The notes beneath the pieces were generated by a model. It saw only the letters and a program-made list of their open reading frames with translations. It had not been told where the DNA came from and did no database searches. From a virus, in the IMG/VR virus record IMGVR_UViG_2806310411_000001, positions 1-50,502 of that record: DNA of 50,502 nucleotides; one strand, written 5' to 3'. Every line of letters begins with the position of its first letter. The stretch's first letter is position 1. A program made the position numbers and the translations under genes. Positions 1 to 8,093 of this stretch are shown piece by piece.

Positions 1-57
1 TGCCTTGAGGTGGCAGTGGGTAACACCGTGGGGGTTCGAGTCCCTCCGAGCGCACCA
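1..57 (+). tRNA. 3-prime portion of a class II tRNA, probably tRNA-Leu(GAG); attL core
   Basis: Anticodon stem TGCC/GGCA with 7-nt loop TTGAGGT (anticodon GAG, G37). Long variable arm. T-arm GGGGG-TTCGAGT-CCCTC. Acceptor 3-prime strand CGAGCGC plus A plus CCA. The 5-prime half would lie left of the window. Confidence 0.7.
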
Positions 58-58
58 A

Positions 59-70
59 ATTGAAATCATT
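59..70 (+). repeat. ATTGAAATCATT, candidate integrase arm-type site (left arm)
   Basis: The same 12-mer occurs at 50406..50417. Both copies are inside the prophage, next to the att core. Confidence 0.45.
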
Positions 71-165
71 CACAAAATTAGCGATTGTCGGGTCTGTCTG
101 TCGGGTGGGAATCGCGGACAGAAGGCGAACTTGGCGCGAAACCTGGTGCGAAACTCCGAGACTTG

Positions 166-378
166 ATGCCTGGGCCAGAACCGGGCATGCTGCGGCCCAT
201 GGTTGCACTGGATGACGTCCGCAAAGCCCGGGTCGAGAACGCGCACATCGCGCGGCTGGAAGAGCTGGTCGAGAACGTGCGCGCCACGCTGGCCGGGCCG
301 GCGAGCGATCGCGACAAGATCGGCTGGATAACCGAGCTCCTGAACGTCCAGGGCTACCGGATCGACGCTCCGGGCTAA
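166..378 (+). CDS. hypothetical protein (start uncertain; track ORF begins at 85)
   Basis: ORF 85..378. The first ATG is at 166 (MPGPEPGMLRPMVALDD...). It is convergent with the SprT-like gene and their stop codons overlap. Confidence 0.4.
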   Translation: MPGPEPGMLRPMVALDDVRKARVENAHIARLEELVENVRATLAGPASDRDKIGWITELLNVQGYRIDAPG

Positions 379-722
379 AACAGCAACGGATCGAAGCCGT
401 GGTGCTTGCACGCACGCCGGCCGAGCTTGTGGAACTCCGCGTTGTGGCCAGTTGCACGCGGGTTCTTCCGGCGCTGATAGAGGTGGATCATCTCGTGAGC
501 CATCAGCTCCATCAGGCTCAGCGTGCGGCCGATGTAGGCGCTCGACGCCGCGATCACATGCTGGCCGTTCACGATGTTGTACCAGCCGCAATCGTCCTTC
601 GACCTGATGACGACGAACTTGACGTCGCCGCCCGGTGGCAGCTTCCACCGGTTGAACGGCGGCGTGGTGCGGAGATAGTCGTAGGACGTCTCCAGGACCT
701 TGGGGGTGAGACGGAAGGTCAT
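375..722 (-). CDS. SprT-like zinc metalloprotease domain protein
   Basis: HEMIH (HExxH) motif inside a SprT-like context (LMELMAHEMIHLYQ). Its start overlaps the polymerase stop in an ATGA arrangement. Confidence 0.65.
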   Translation of the reverse strand: MTFRLTPKVLETSYDYLRTTPPFNRWKLPPGGDVKFVVIRSKDDCGWYNIVNGQHVIAASSAYIGRTLSLMELMAHEMIHLYQRRKNPRATGHNAEFHKLGRRACKHHGFDPLLF

Positions 723-2788
723 TTCCGATACCTAGAACTTTCGAAGCCTGACGCCGCGATGGGAATGCCGCCGCCCCACGACGGAAGCTCGCACATGATC
801 TCCTCGTACTCAGATGCGGAGCCGAAATCTGCGTCGGCCTCAGACACGTTTTCATCGTGGCAAGTGAGAATGATCGGATAGTTATGCCGTTCGAGGCGCA
901 CCATCGCTTCGGCCAAAAAATCACGCGCGACGGCCTGGGTAGGTCCTTGCGCCAGATCCCCGCCATAGGTCGAGATGCGCGCCCACCGCGACGTGTTACT
1001 CTCGTCGGCCCATACAATCTTGCGGCTGTTGGAGACGTTCGGAACAGTCTTGAAGGTGACGGCGTCCTTCGTCTCACCCCAAGGCGTCTTGACCGGGTAG
1101 ATTTTCGGGTACGGAAAGCACAGCGCTCGCCCCGAAGGCAGTCGGCACCACAAAAAGGAGCCAACGACCTTGTAAGCCAATGGCCCCGCCGTGAAGACAT
1201 GGCCCGGTTTAGAGATCGCCTTAATCGCTGCGTTCTCGCAGTCGTACCAGAACTGCACAATTTCGGGGTTCTCTTGGCGCCAGGCCTTCTTAATCTCGTC
1301 GGCCTCGTCGTCGTCAATTTTGACGTTGTAGGTGTGGGCCATGGTCTGGAAAGCGCCTACACCGCCGCCGAAACCGCAGGCGAGCTCCGGGACCTTCCCG
1401 CGAACCTGTCGCTCGTCCTTTGTCACGTCCTCCGGTCGCTTGCGCAGGATCATCCCGGCCATGACCTTGTAGAGATCAGGCCCTTCGCCTCGGTCATATG
1501 CCCGAAAGGCATCGAGTTTCTTGCGCGCGCCCGCGAGCCAGGCGAGTACGCGTCCTTCGATGTTGCTAAAATCGGCGGCGACGATCTTCTTGCCGGCCGG
1601 CGCCTTTATGAGGCCGCGCAGAATGTACGAGAGGCACGACATCGGGGCATCGTACATGGCGTCGAGCGTATCGATCGCCTTTTGCGTCGGGTATTTGAGT
1701 ATGACTTCGATCGCGCCGTCGCAATCGAAGTCCTCCGGAGGGCGTTTCAGATTCTGAGGCTGGAACCGACGCCCTGCCCACCGCCCGGTGTTCGCCGCGT
1801 TGAACTGCAAGAGGCCCCGAGCTCGGCCGTCCGCGGACATGCCATTAAGAATAGCGTCGATCTTGGCCACAGACGCCTTGCCGGCCTCTTGCCGGAGCTC
1901 GAGCGCGCGCCGCACTGGCGGATCTAAGTGGTCTCGGGCGAGCATCTCTTCGACGAAGGTTTTGTCGAGAGTGTCGACGATCGCCATTGTCTTTTTGTCG
2001 AGCCGCGCTCCGAGAGTGACGCCGCGGCCTTTCAGCCAGACTTTCAACTGGTTCAGGTTGGTGCAGGCGCTCACCTCGTAGTCGGTGAGTTTGGCCATTT
2101 CCCTGTCGAGCTGGCGCTCTTGGTGTTCGACGATTTTCAACGAGCGTTGTGCGAGCTCGACGTCTACGAAAACGCCGCGAGAATTCACCCGTTGATCCAG
2201 GTGCCACAACGACTGCTCGAAAGGCCGGAGCGCCACGAGGCGCGCGCGGATCCCGCGCTCGACCTCGACGTCCGTGCGACAATAGGACCGTAACACCTCG
2301 ATGTCCTTCGGATCCTCTCGCCACAACAACGCCTCCGTCGGCTCGCCCTTCTTTGGCCGCCGCGGCTTCGACATGGCTAGCATGAGCCTTTTGCCGGCCT
2401 GGTCTTTGCCGATGTCCAGGCCGATGGCGCCAGCGGCGTTGTCCAAAGCGCCGGGCAGGGACATGGCGTAAGCCGCGACCATGCTGCAACGCCATTGCTC
2501 CATCTTGGGCATAGGCCAGCCGTACCGGGGGCCCATAATGTAGGTCCAGATCGCGATCTCGAAATTCGCGTTCCACGCTGCAATGATGCTGCCCGCGCGA
2601 ACATGCGCAGCTAGCCGCTCCGGCACCGGGTCTCCGCGGCCCCATACCTGAATGGGCTCGGCGTCGATGGCCCACGCAGCGCACCAGACATCCGTGTCCG
2701 CGTTCTCTGCGTAGGGGTAGACGCCAGTTTTCTTCAAATCGACGGGCGATCTGGTCTCGAAGTCGATCGTGAGGACTGAATTAGACAT
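719..2788 (-). CDS. Family A DNA polymerase with N-terminal 3-5 exonuclease
   Basis: Exo I motif TIDFETRS. Motif A ADFSNIEGRVLAWL. Motif B KVPELACGFGGGVGA. Motif C CHDE. The likely start is MSNSVLT at 2788; the track ORF extends to 2842. Confidence 0.9.
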   Translation of the reverse strand: MSNSVLTIDFETRSPVDLKKTGVYPYAENADTDVWCAAWAIDAEPIQVWGRGDPVPERLAAHVRAGSIIAAWNANFEIAIWTYIMGPRYGWPMPKMEQWRCSMVAAYAMSLPGALDNAAGAIGLDIGKDQAGKRLMLAMSKPRRPKKGEPTEALLWREDPKDIEVLRSYCRTDVEVERGIRARLVALRPFEQSLWHLDQRVNSRGVFVDVELAQRSLKIVEHQERQLDREMAKLTDYEVSACTNLNQLKVWLKGRGVTLGARLDKKTMAIVDTLDKTFVEEMLARDHLDPPVRRALELRQEAGKASVAKIDAILNGMSADGRARGLLQFNAANTGRWAGRRFQPQNLKRPPEDFDCDGAIEVILKYPTQKAIDTLDAMYDAPMSCLSYILRGLIKAPAGKKIVAADFSNIEGRVLAWLAGARKKLDAFRAYDRGEGPDLYKVMAGMILRKRPEDVTKDERQVRGKVPELACGFGGGVGAFQTMAHTYNVKIDDDEADEIKKAWRQENPEIVQFWYDCENAAIKAISKPGHVFTAGPLAYKVVGSFLWCRLPSGRALCFPYPKIYPVKTPWGETKDAVTFKTVPNVSNSRKIVWADESNTSRWARISTYGGDLAQGPTQAVARDFLAEAMVRLERHNYPIILTCHDENVSEADADFGSASEYEEIMCELPSWGGGIPIAASGFESSRYRK

Positions 2789-3320
2789 GGCGCCACGTCC
2801 TTCCGGCGCGCACGCCATTGATGCAGCTCCGCGAAACACCAAACATGTCGCCGAGGTCGTCCGAGCGCATGTGCGGGCGTTGCCGGATCGCGTGGACGTC
2901 AGCCTCGGTCAGAACCGCCATGGGGCATTGCTCACCGGCCAGGTGCGTTCCGTGCCGCTTCTTGTCGGCAATGTTGGCCTGGACTGTTTTGTAGAGCAGG
3001 TTGCTCGCCGCGCAATTCGCGGGACAGCCATCGTCGTGCGCCACCTGCATCCCGGACGGCCGCGGCCCGATGAAAGCAGCCGCAACCAGATTGTGGACCG
3101 TGTCGGCCTTGCGCTTGCCTCCTTTGTAAAGGTGCACGAGCAGATAGCCGTTGACATGCGGATGTTGGCTTAGAATCCGCTCGGGCTGAAACCGCGGCAG
3201 CGGATCGCCGAGTTTCGTCCTCGCGTATACCGTGCGGCCGACGCTCTTGACGCGCCCGAGATTCGACACCTCATAGAGGCCTTCGAAGCCGACAACGGGT
3301 TTCCAGATTTCCTCGGTCAC
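2781..3320 (-). CDS. NUMOD4/HNH homing endonuclease
   Basis: N-terminus WKPVVGFEGLYEVSNLGRVKS (NUMOD4-like), followed by an HNH_3-like core (NGYLLVHL...VHNLVAAAF). GTG start overlaps the upstream stop. Confidence 0.8.
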   Translation of the reverse strand: MTEEIWKPVVGFEGLYEVSNLGRVKSVGRTVYARTKLGDPLPRFQPERILSQHPHVNGYLLVHLYKGGKRKADTVHNLVAAAFIGPRPSGMQVAHDDGCPANCAASNLLYKTVQANIADKKRHGTHLAGEQCPMAVLTEADVHAIRQRPHMRSDDLGDMFGVSRSCINGVRAGRTWRHV

Positions 3321-3469
3321 GCGAACATGTCCTCCAGCGACGGCGCCGAAGTCGGTTCAGCCGACTTCGAACGATCTTCATGCGTCGCGCCGAGCGCGCA
3401 GCGCTTGCCGTCCATCTCAGCTTTTCCGCACGCGCAAACGCCGTTCCACTCGTCAGAAGGGCATGGCAT
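3317..3469 (-). CDS. small Cys-containing hypothetical protein (50 aa)
   Basis: MPCPSDEWNGVCACGKAEMDGKRC... Overlaps its neighbours at both ends, with a GTGA junction to the HNH gene. Confidence 0.4.
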   Translation of the reverse strand: MPCPSDEWNGVCACGKAEMDGKRCALGATHEDRSKSAEPTSAPSLEDMFA

Positions 3470-3641
3470 CTTGCGGCCGCCTCCGGTACCACTCGCGATC
3501 GGTCTTCCCTTCGCGCGCGACGCGCTCGGCCTGCATCGCGAGGATCTGCCGCTGCGCGGCGTGGCGCTCGGTGTAGACACCGACGATGAACGCGGCCGCG
3601 ATCAGGCAGCCGACGATGAATGCGTCGAGGTGGTTTTTCAT
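3453..3641 (-). CDS. small membrane protein (62 aa)
   Basis: MKNHLDAFIVGCLIAAAFIVGVY... has one TM helix. ATGA overlap with the HD gene stop at 3638..3641. Only the 3-prime end of track ORF 3453..4211 is used. Confidence 0.55.
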   Translation of the reverse strand: MKNHLDAFIVGCLIAAAFIVGVYTERHAAQRQILAMQAERVAREGKTDREWYRRRPQDAMPF

Positions 3642-4159
3642 GCGGTGTACTTCCAGAAGGCGTGGAGGAATTCGATCTCGGCCTCGGCCGGCGACCAGCA
3701 CGGCAGCGTGATGCCGAGCGGCGCCTCCGGCAGATTCCAATTGGCTGGCGGCGTGGCCATGATCTGGTCGCGCTCGTCCGCGAGGATCGCGTTGTCGAGC
3801 TGCTTGAGGCGATCCGGCATCGGCCACTGGAAGCCGAAGCGTTTCGAGATCATCAGCATGAGCCGGTTCTCGATCGCGCTGTAGTTCTCCAGGAACGGCT
3901 TCACCGGCCGGATGATGTCGGCCAGGTAGGCCTCGCTGGCGTCGTGGAGCAGCGCGGCGAGCTTGAGCTCGGGCGGCGCGGCCTCGGCGATGTGCACGCT
4001 GTGCTCGGCGACGCTGTAGAAGCGCAGGCAATGGCCGTTGTAGCGGCACATCAGCGAGAGCGCGTGCGCGATGTCGCGGATCTCGACGTCCTCCGCGCGA
4101 GGGTCCGTCGGCCAAAATTGCTTGCCGGTGTAGGTCTGCATCCAGTCGCCGCGTCGCAT
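3638..4159 (-). CDS. HD-domain phosphohydrolase (YfbR-like 5-prime deoxynucleotidase family)
   Basis: Motifs SVAEHSVH and LLHDASEAYLADI. Confidence 0.75.
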   Translation of the reverse strand: MRRGDWMQTYTGKQFWPTDPRAEDVEIRDIAHALSLMCRYNGHCLRFYSVAEHSVHIAEAAPPELKLAALLHDASEAYLADIIRPVKPFLENYSAIENRLMLMISKRFGFQWPMPDRLKQLDNAILADERDQIMATPPANWNLPEAPLGITLPCWSPAEAEIEFLHAFWKYTA

Positions 4160-4179
4160 GTGTGCCTCTTGTGAATGTT

Positions 4180-4226
4180 GAAAATCGCCAAACCAGACAC
4201 GGCGGGCACACGTCTCCCGCCGTGTC
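4180..4226 (-). terminator. 11-bp perfect stem hairpin followed by a U-containing tail, between the GapR-like and HD genes
   Basis: Stem GACACGGCGGG (4196..4206) pairs with CCCGCCGTGTC (4216..4226); the loop is 9 nt. On the transcribed minus strand it is followed by TGGTTTGGCGATTTTC. Confidence 0.5.
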
Positions 4227-4235
4227 TGTCCCCCG

Positions 4236-4520
4236 TCACTCCAAGTAGGAGCTCATCCCGAGCGCCCGGCAGTAGGTCTCCACCACCATCGTGTGGGTGA
4301 GGACTTCCTCGGCGCCCTTCTTGCGCATCTTCAAGGCATCGTTCATGGCCTTGACGTCGAACCCGGCGGATTTCGCTTCCGCCTTGATGTCCTTGATGTC
4401 GTCGGAGAGGCCCTTCTTCTCCGCTTCGAGGTTCTCGATGCGGTCGATGTAGGACTTCAGCCTGGTCGCGGCCTCCTTCGAGATCGCGTTGTTGTGGCCG
4501 ATAGCTGCGCCTTCCGTCAC
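4236..4520 (-). CDS. GapR-like DUF2312 (UPF0335) DNA-binding protein
   Basis: LKSYIDRIENLEAEKKGLSDDIKDIKAEAKSAGFDVKAM matches the GapR/DUF2312 pattern known from Caulobacter. Confidence 0.75.
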   Translation of the reverse strand: MTEGAAIGHNNAISKEAATRLKSYIDRIENLEAEKKGLSDDIKDIKAEAKSAGFDVKAMNDALKMRKKGAEEVLTHTMVVETYCRALGMSSYLE

Positions 4521-4696
4521 GCCGGATCTCCCTCAGGATCGTGTCGGCGCAGGAACATCCTCACGCCGTCGAAGAACTCCCGCTGAGAGCATTGGCGGTC
4601 CCAAAACTCTCGCAGGTATTCGATGGAATCGGCCACCTTGGCCGGGGCGGGCGCCGACGGCGGGCCGCCGGTCTTGGCGAATGCGACCAGGCTCAT
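4517..4696 (-). CDS. hypothetical protein
   Basis: ORF 4517..4720. The probable start is MSLVAF at 4696, just after the SSB stop at 4704. Confidence 0.45.
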   Translation of the reverse strand: MSLVAFAKTGGPPSAPAPAKVADSIEYLREFWDRQCSQREFFDGVRMFLRRHDPEGDPA

Positions 4697-4703
4697 CCGG
4701 TCC

Positions 4704-5336
4704 TCACTCGAACAGAGCATCGGCGCTCTTGCCTTCCTCGCCGGCGCCCTCGACGGCCTCGAACTCGCTCTCGGCCGACACCTTGCCGCCGCCGACCACG
4801 AGTTCGTCGTCGTTGTCGAGAAGCTGCACGTTCTTCAGGCCGAACGACACGCCGGTGTTGCCTTCGGCGTCGTAGCCGAACGCGTCGACCGTCATGCGCG
4901 CCCACCGGCCAGAGTAGACGTGCTCGGGCTCGATGCCCTCGCTCTTGCCGTTCGGGCCGACGATGCCGGGCTTGTCCTTCGAGCGCGCCGCGACATAGAC
5001 CGGGAAGTCCTCGACCTTGATGTCGGCGGCTTCGAGCGCGGCCACCAGCTTGTCGTTGTCGGCGGTGCGCTTGAACGGCGTCGCGATCTTCGCCGGCCAT
5101 TTGCCGTTGGCCTCGCGGAACGCCTTGGCGAACTTGTCCTTGCCGGCCGTGATCGCCTCCTCCTTCGCGACCGACAGATCGGCGGTCTTCGGGAAGAGCA
5201 GGTTCATCTCGTGCTTGCCCTCCTTGCCGCCCTTGCCCTTGCGCGGGGTGAAGAGGGCGTTCCACAGGATGCGCCCCTTCGGCATGACCAGGCTGCCGGT
5301 TTTCGGGTGCAGAAAGGCCTTGTTCTCGTTACTCAT
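4704..5336 (-). CDS. single-stranded DNA-binding protein, DUF2815 / T7 gp2.5-like
   Basis: The N-terminal OB-fold-like pattern and the acidic C-terminal tail (EEGKSADALFE) are typical of gp2.5-type SSBs. The gene sits beside DUF2800 and polymerase genes. Confidence 0.7.
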   Translation of the reverse strand: MSNENKAFLHPKTGSLVMPKGRILWNALFTPRKGKGGKEGKHEMNLLFPKTADLSVAKEEAITAGKDKFAKAFREANGKWPAKIATPFKRTADNDKLVAALEAADIKVEDFPVYVAARSKDKPGIVGPNGKSEGIEPEHVYSGRWARMTVDAFGYDAEGNTGVSFGLKNVQLLDNDDELVVGGGKVSAESEFEAVEGAGEEGKSADALFE

Positions 5337-5357
5337 AGTCTCTCCTTGATCTCGATC

Positions 5358-5570
5358 TCAGCGGCGTCGAGTAGGCCGATTCCTCTCCGCGCGAATGGCC
5401 CCGATGGCCTTGCGCACGGTGTGTCGTGAAAGGTCGAGGTCGAAGGCGACCTCCTTGTCGGTGCAGCCGAGGTTCTTCTCCAGATAGCCGCGGACGCGCT
5501 CGATGTTGTAGCGACGGAGTTCAGCTCCGCGCAGGATGAGCGGGCCGGCGCCTGTCTGGATGACCTTCAT
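5358..5570 (-). CDS. small HTH DNA-binding protein (70 aa)
   Basis: MKVIQTG...DKEVAFDLDLSRHTVRKAIGAI. Its ATG at 5570 forms an ATGA overlap with the stop of the corrected HNH-AP2 reading frame. Confidence 0.55.
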   Translation of the reverse strand: MKVIQTGAGPLILRGAELRRYNIERVRGYLEKNLGCTDKEVAFDLDLSRHTVRKAIGAIRAERNRPTRRR

Positions 5571-6047
5571 GCAGCCCTCGCGAACTCGCCGAAGCGACTT
5601 TGCGCGGCCGCCACGTAGGCGGCGTGAGCCTCTTCTGCGGTGGTAGCGGCCGAGATGCTTCTTTCGGCCGCCCACACAAATCTGCGCTTGGAACTTGCCC
5701 CGGCGCGGGTCAAAGGCGACGCCTTTAAAACCTGACGCGTTGTCGCGATGGCGTTTTACGTTCGCCATATTCAGAAGATGCGTTGCGGGGCGCAGATTCT
5801 CGATCCGGTTGTCCTGCGGATCGCCGTTAATGTGGTCGATATAGACCCAACAATTGTGAGTCAGTAACCACGCCAGACGGTGCGCTCCGTACAAGACGCC
5901 GTTCAACCGAATGCGAATGTATCCGCGACGAAAGCTGCCTGCGACAGCCCCCGCCCGGACGCCGCCCCTGGTTTCCCGCCAGAAGAATAAACCCGTGGCG
6001 GGTTCGTACCTCAACAGATCGTTCGCCTCATCGAAAGATGGCATCAC
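5567..6047 (-). pseudogene. HNH-AP2 homing endonuclease interrupted by a frameshift near 5636..5645
   Basis: The HNH_3 core (IDHINGDPQDNRIENLR) and AP2 start (GFKGVAFDPRRGKFQAQICVGGRKKHLGRY) are in one frame. The AP2 end (AEEAHAAYVAAAQSRFGEFARAA, then stop) is in another. The intact paralogue at 20207..20710 has HDLGHFETAEEASAVYTAAFKAAHGEFAR. Confidence 0.7.
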
Positions 6048-7315
6048 GCGAACTCCGACTCGGCGTCAGGCTTCACGGCGGGCCGCGGATCGTCTTCGGG
6101 AGCGAGAATGATCTTGCCCTTCGGCTTGTAGACGAGCCCCTCGATTTCCTTCTTGCGCTTTGCACCAAGCAGCTTCTCGACTTGGGCGGGCGACCGCAGT
6201 TTTGGCTCGGTCAGAAGCTCCTCGACCGTGATGCCGGTGACGTCGTGTAGAAATTCCGCCGACACCTCATCGCGGAACTTGCGGTGCGATGTTGAATGCA
6301 CAAGTTTCCAGTGAGGTGGTGGGGAGCCCTCCAGCGCGAGCGCGTGCGCGCGCTCTTCGACGCGCTTGATCCAGTCCTTGAGCGTGCCGGCCTTGGCCAG
6401 GACGGTCGCGATCGTCTCGGCTTCCAGCTCCGAGACCGACGGCGGCGTGTCGCCGAATTCGAGCTCGGCCTCGGCGAGCGCGAACCGCTTCAGCGTCGGG
6501 CACGTCGTCGCGGCGCGGCAGAACTTGCAGTGATCGCCGGCGACGGTGAACCGCGCATGGAAGTCAGCAGCGCCGGCCCAGCACTCGGCCTCCCGCGTCT
6601 TGGCCGCGGCCTCGGTGAGGTCGAACCGGAACTCGGCCAGATCCAGCACGTCGATCGTCCAGGAGCGCGCGGTGCCTTCGGGGTTCAGCCAGACGACGTC
6701 GCTGTCCTCCTTCGGCGGCGGGCAGCGCGGCTGCACAATGACCATGGTGATCTTGTCGAGGCCGCGGTTGTGGAAGCGCTTGGCGGTGCCGTCGGCATAG
6801 GTGAGGAGCTGCTCGTTCCGCTTCACCTCGACCGGCACGCCCTTCCCATATTTCAGGTCACAAATGACCAGGTGCTTTTCGCTGCCGCGGTAGCGGAGGA
6901 AGTCACCCGTGCCGAACTCCATGCCCTCGATGTGCGTGAGGTCGAGCTTGCACTCGATTTCGACGTCGTCGCCGGGCGCGATGAACGACCGCACCGTGTC
7001 GACGTAGAGTTGGACGCCCTCGACCATCTCGTCGTCGACCTCGAAGATGCCGTTGCCCTCGCCGGCGGCCTTGTGGACCTTGCCGGTCTTGATGTTGACG
7101 TGGCCGCCGGCAAAGTCGGCGGCGTCGCAGTCGTTGGCGATGCAGTATTCGCCAAGGGTATGCGCGGCGGTGCCGTGGTCGGCGAACTTCGAGCTCTTGT
7201 TCTCGAAGGCGCTCTCCAGCACCGGCGAGCCAGCACATGCGAACCAGCGGTAGGCCGCGGAGGGCGATAGGCGCGCGTGGGCGCGATCGCCGTGGGCTTG
7301 GGGCTTCTTGGCCAC
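6044..7315 (-). CDS. DUF2800 / Cas4-like PD-(D/E)XK nuclease
   Basis: HARLSPSAAYRWFACAGS and HGTAAHTLGE motifs, plus a C-terminal Cys cluster CKFCRAATTCP. The probable GTG start at 7315 overlaps the upstream stop; the track ORF extends to 7378. Confidence 0.7.
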   Translation of the reverse strand: MAKKPQAHGDRAHARLSPSAAYRWFACAGSPVLESAFENKSSKFADHGTAAHTLGEYCIANDCDAADFAGGHVNIKTGKVHKAAGEGNGIFEVDDEMVEGVQLYVDTVRSFIAPGDDVEIECKLDLTHIEGMEFGTGDFLRYRGSEKHLVICDLKYGKGVPVEVKRNEQLLTYADGTAKRFHNRGLDKITMVIVQPRCPPPKEDSDVVWLNPEGTARSWTIDVLDLAEFRFDLTEAAAKTREAECWAGAADFHARFTVAGDHCKFCRAATTCPTLKRFALAEAELEFGDTPPSVSELEAETIATVLAKAGTLKDWIKRVEERAHALALEGSPPPHWKLVHSTSHRKFRDEVSAEFLHDVTGITVEELLTEPKLRSPAQVEKLLGAKRKKEIEGLVYKPKGKIILAPEDDPRPAVKPDAESEFA

Positions 7316-7545
7316 TAGCGCCTCCGGACTGTGTTGGAGATCGCGCCGTGCGCGGCCTCCGGCGAGGAGAGCAGCCAAGCGTGGTGCTTGTCGGCCTCGC
7401 CGTAGCTCTCGAAGCGCCGCGGGCCGTCATTGCCCATCAGGAGCCGCCCCTGGAGGAACACGCCGTAGAACTCCACGACGTGCGCCATACCTCGCCCCGC
7501 TTTAATCAAAGCGGGGCCGTCGAGCTCGTGTGCAGCGGTGCTCAC
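7315..7545 (-). CDS. hypothetical protein (76 aa)
   Basis: ORF with a GTGA overlap to the upstream gene. It lies inside a co-directional operon. Confidence 0.45.
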   Translation of the reverse strand: MSTAAHELDGPALIKAGRGMAHVVEFYGVFLQGRLLMGNDGPRRFESYGEADKHHAWLLSSPEAAHGAISNTVRRR

Positions 7546-8057
7546 TTGGCACCCGCCTTCAGCAGTTCGTCGATCTCCTCGATGCAGTCCGCGCGCTTCT
7601 CCTCCGGCACGGTCGACGCGTTCTTCGCGCCGTACTTGCCGAGCACCTCGAACACCTTGTCGTGGCCGAAGCCCTCGGTGGCGCCGAGCGTCTTCAGGCG
7701 CGCGCGGAGGTCTTCGATGTCAGGGATCGCGTCAGAAGGGGATGCAGTCGTTTCCGACGCAGCACCAGTATCCCCGGCCGCCGAAGTGGTGGCCGTGGAC
7801 GAGGCGGCTTCGGTCGAACTCTCCGCGACAGAAGGTGCATCGTCCTTTTTTCCCGTCTCCTCCTTCGGCGTCCGCGACTTGCACGGCTTCGGCTCGATCT
7901 CCTTGACATTCGATTCCGGCAGCGGCTCGCGGTTCGCAGCCGGCTGCTCCTGCATCGGCGGGAGCTGGCCGCCGCTCACGAGGGCCGGGAAGATGCGTTG
8001 CAGATCGGCCAGGATGCCGTCGGCGCTTTCGTTCGAGAAGGTCATGCTGATGGGCAT
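7542..8057 (-). CDS. hypothetical acidic protein with a low-complexity centre
   Basis: ORF of 171 aa in the operon. An AGGAA ribosome-binding site lies upstream and a TGTCTGGTTTAGCGAA motif lies 30 nt upstream. Confidence 0.5.
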   Translation of the reverse strand: MPISMTFSNESADGILADLQRIFPALVSGGQLPPMQEQPAANREPLPESNVKEIEPKPCKSRTPKEETGKKDDAPSVAESSTEAASSTATTSAAGDTGAASETTASPSDAIPDIEDLRARLKTLGATEGFGHDKVFEVLGKYGAKNASTVPEEKRADCIEEIDELLKAGAK

Positions 8058-8093
8058 TGAGAGTTCCTTTGTTCGCTAAACCAGACAACAGGG

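Noticed and set aside
2683-2690. An ACCAGACA motif copy inside the DNA polymerase gene.
   Set aside because: It lies within the codons for DVWCA and has no flanking extended motif. It is probably a chance occurrence and not a regulatory site.
3453-4211. A 252-aa minus-strand ORF overlapping the HD gene.
   Set aside because: Most of it is an out-of-frame shadow of the HD gene and is Arg/Ala/Pro-rich. Only the last 62 codons, starting at an ATGA overlap with the HD stop, look like a real small membrane protein.
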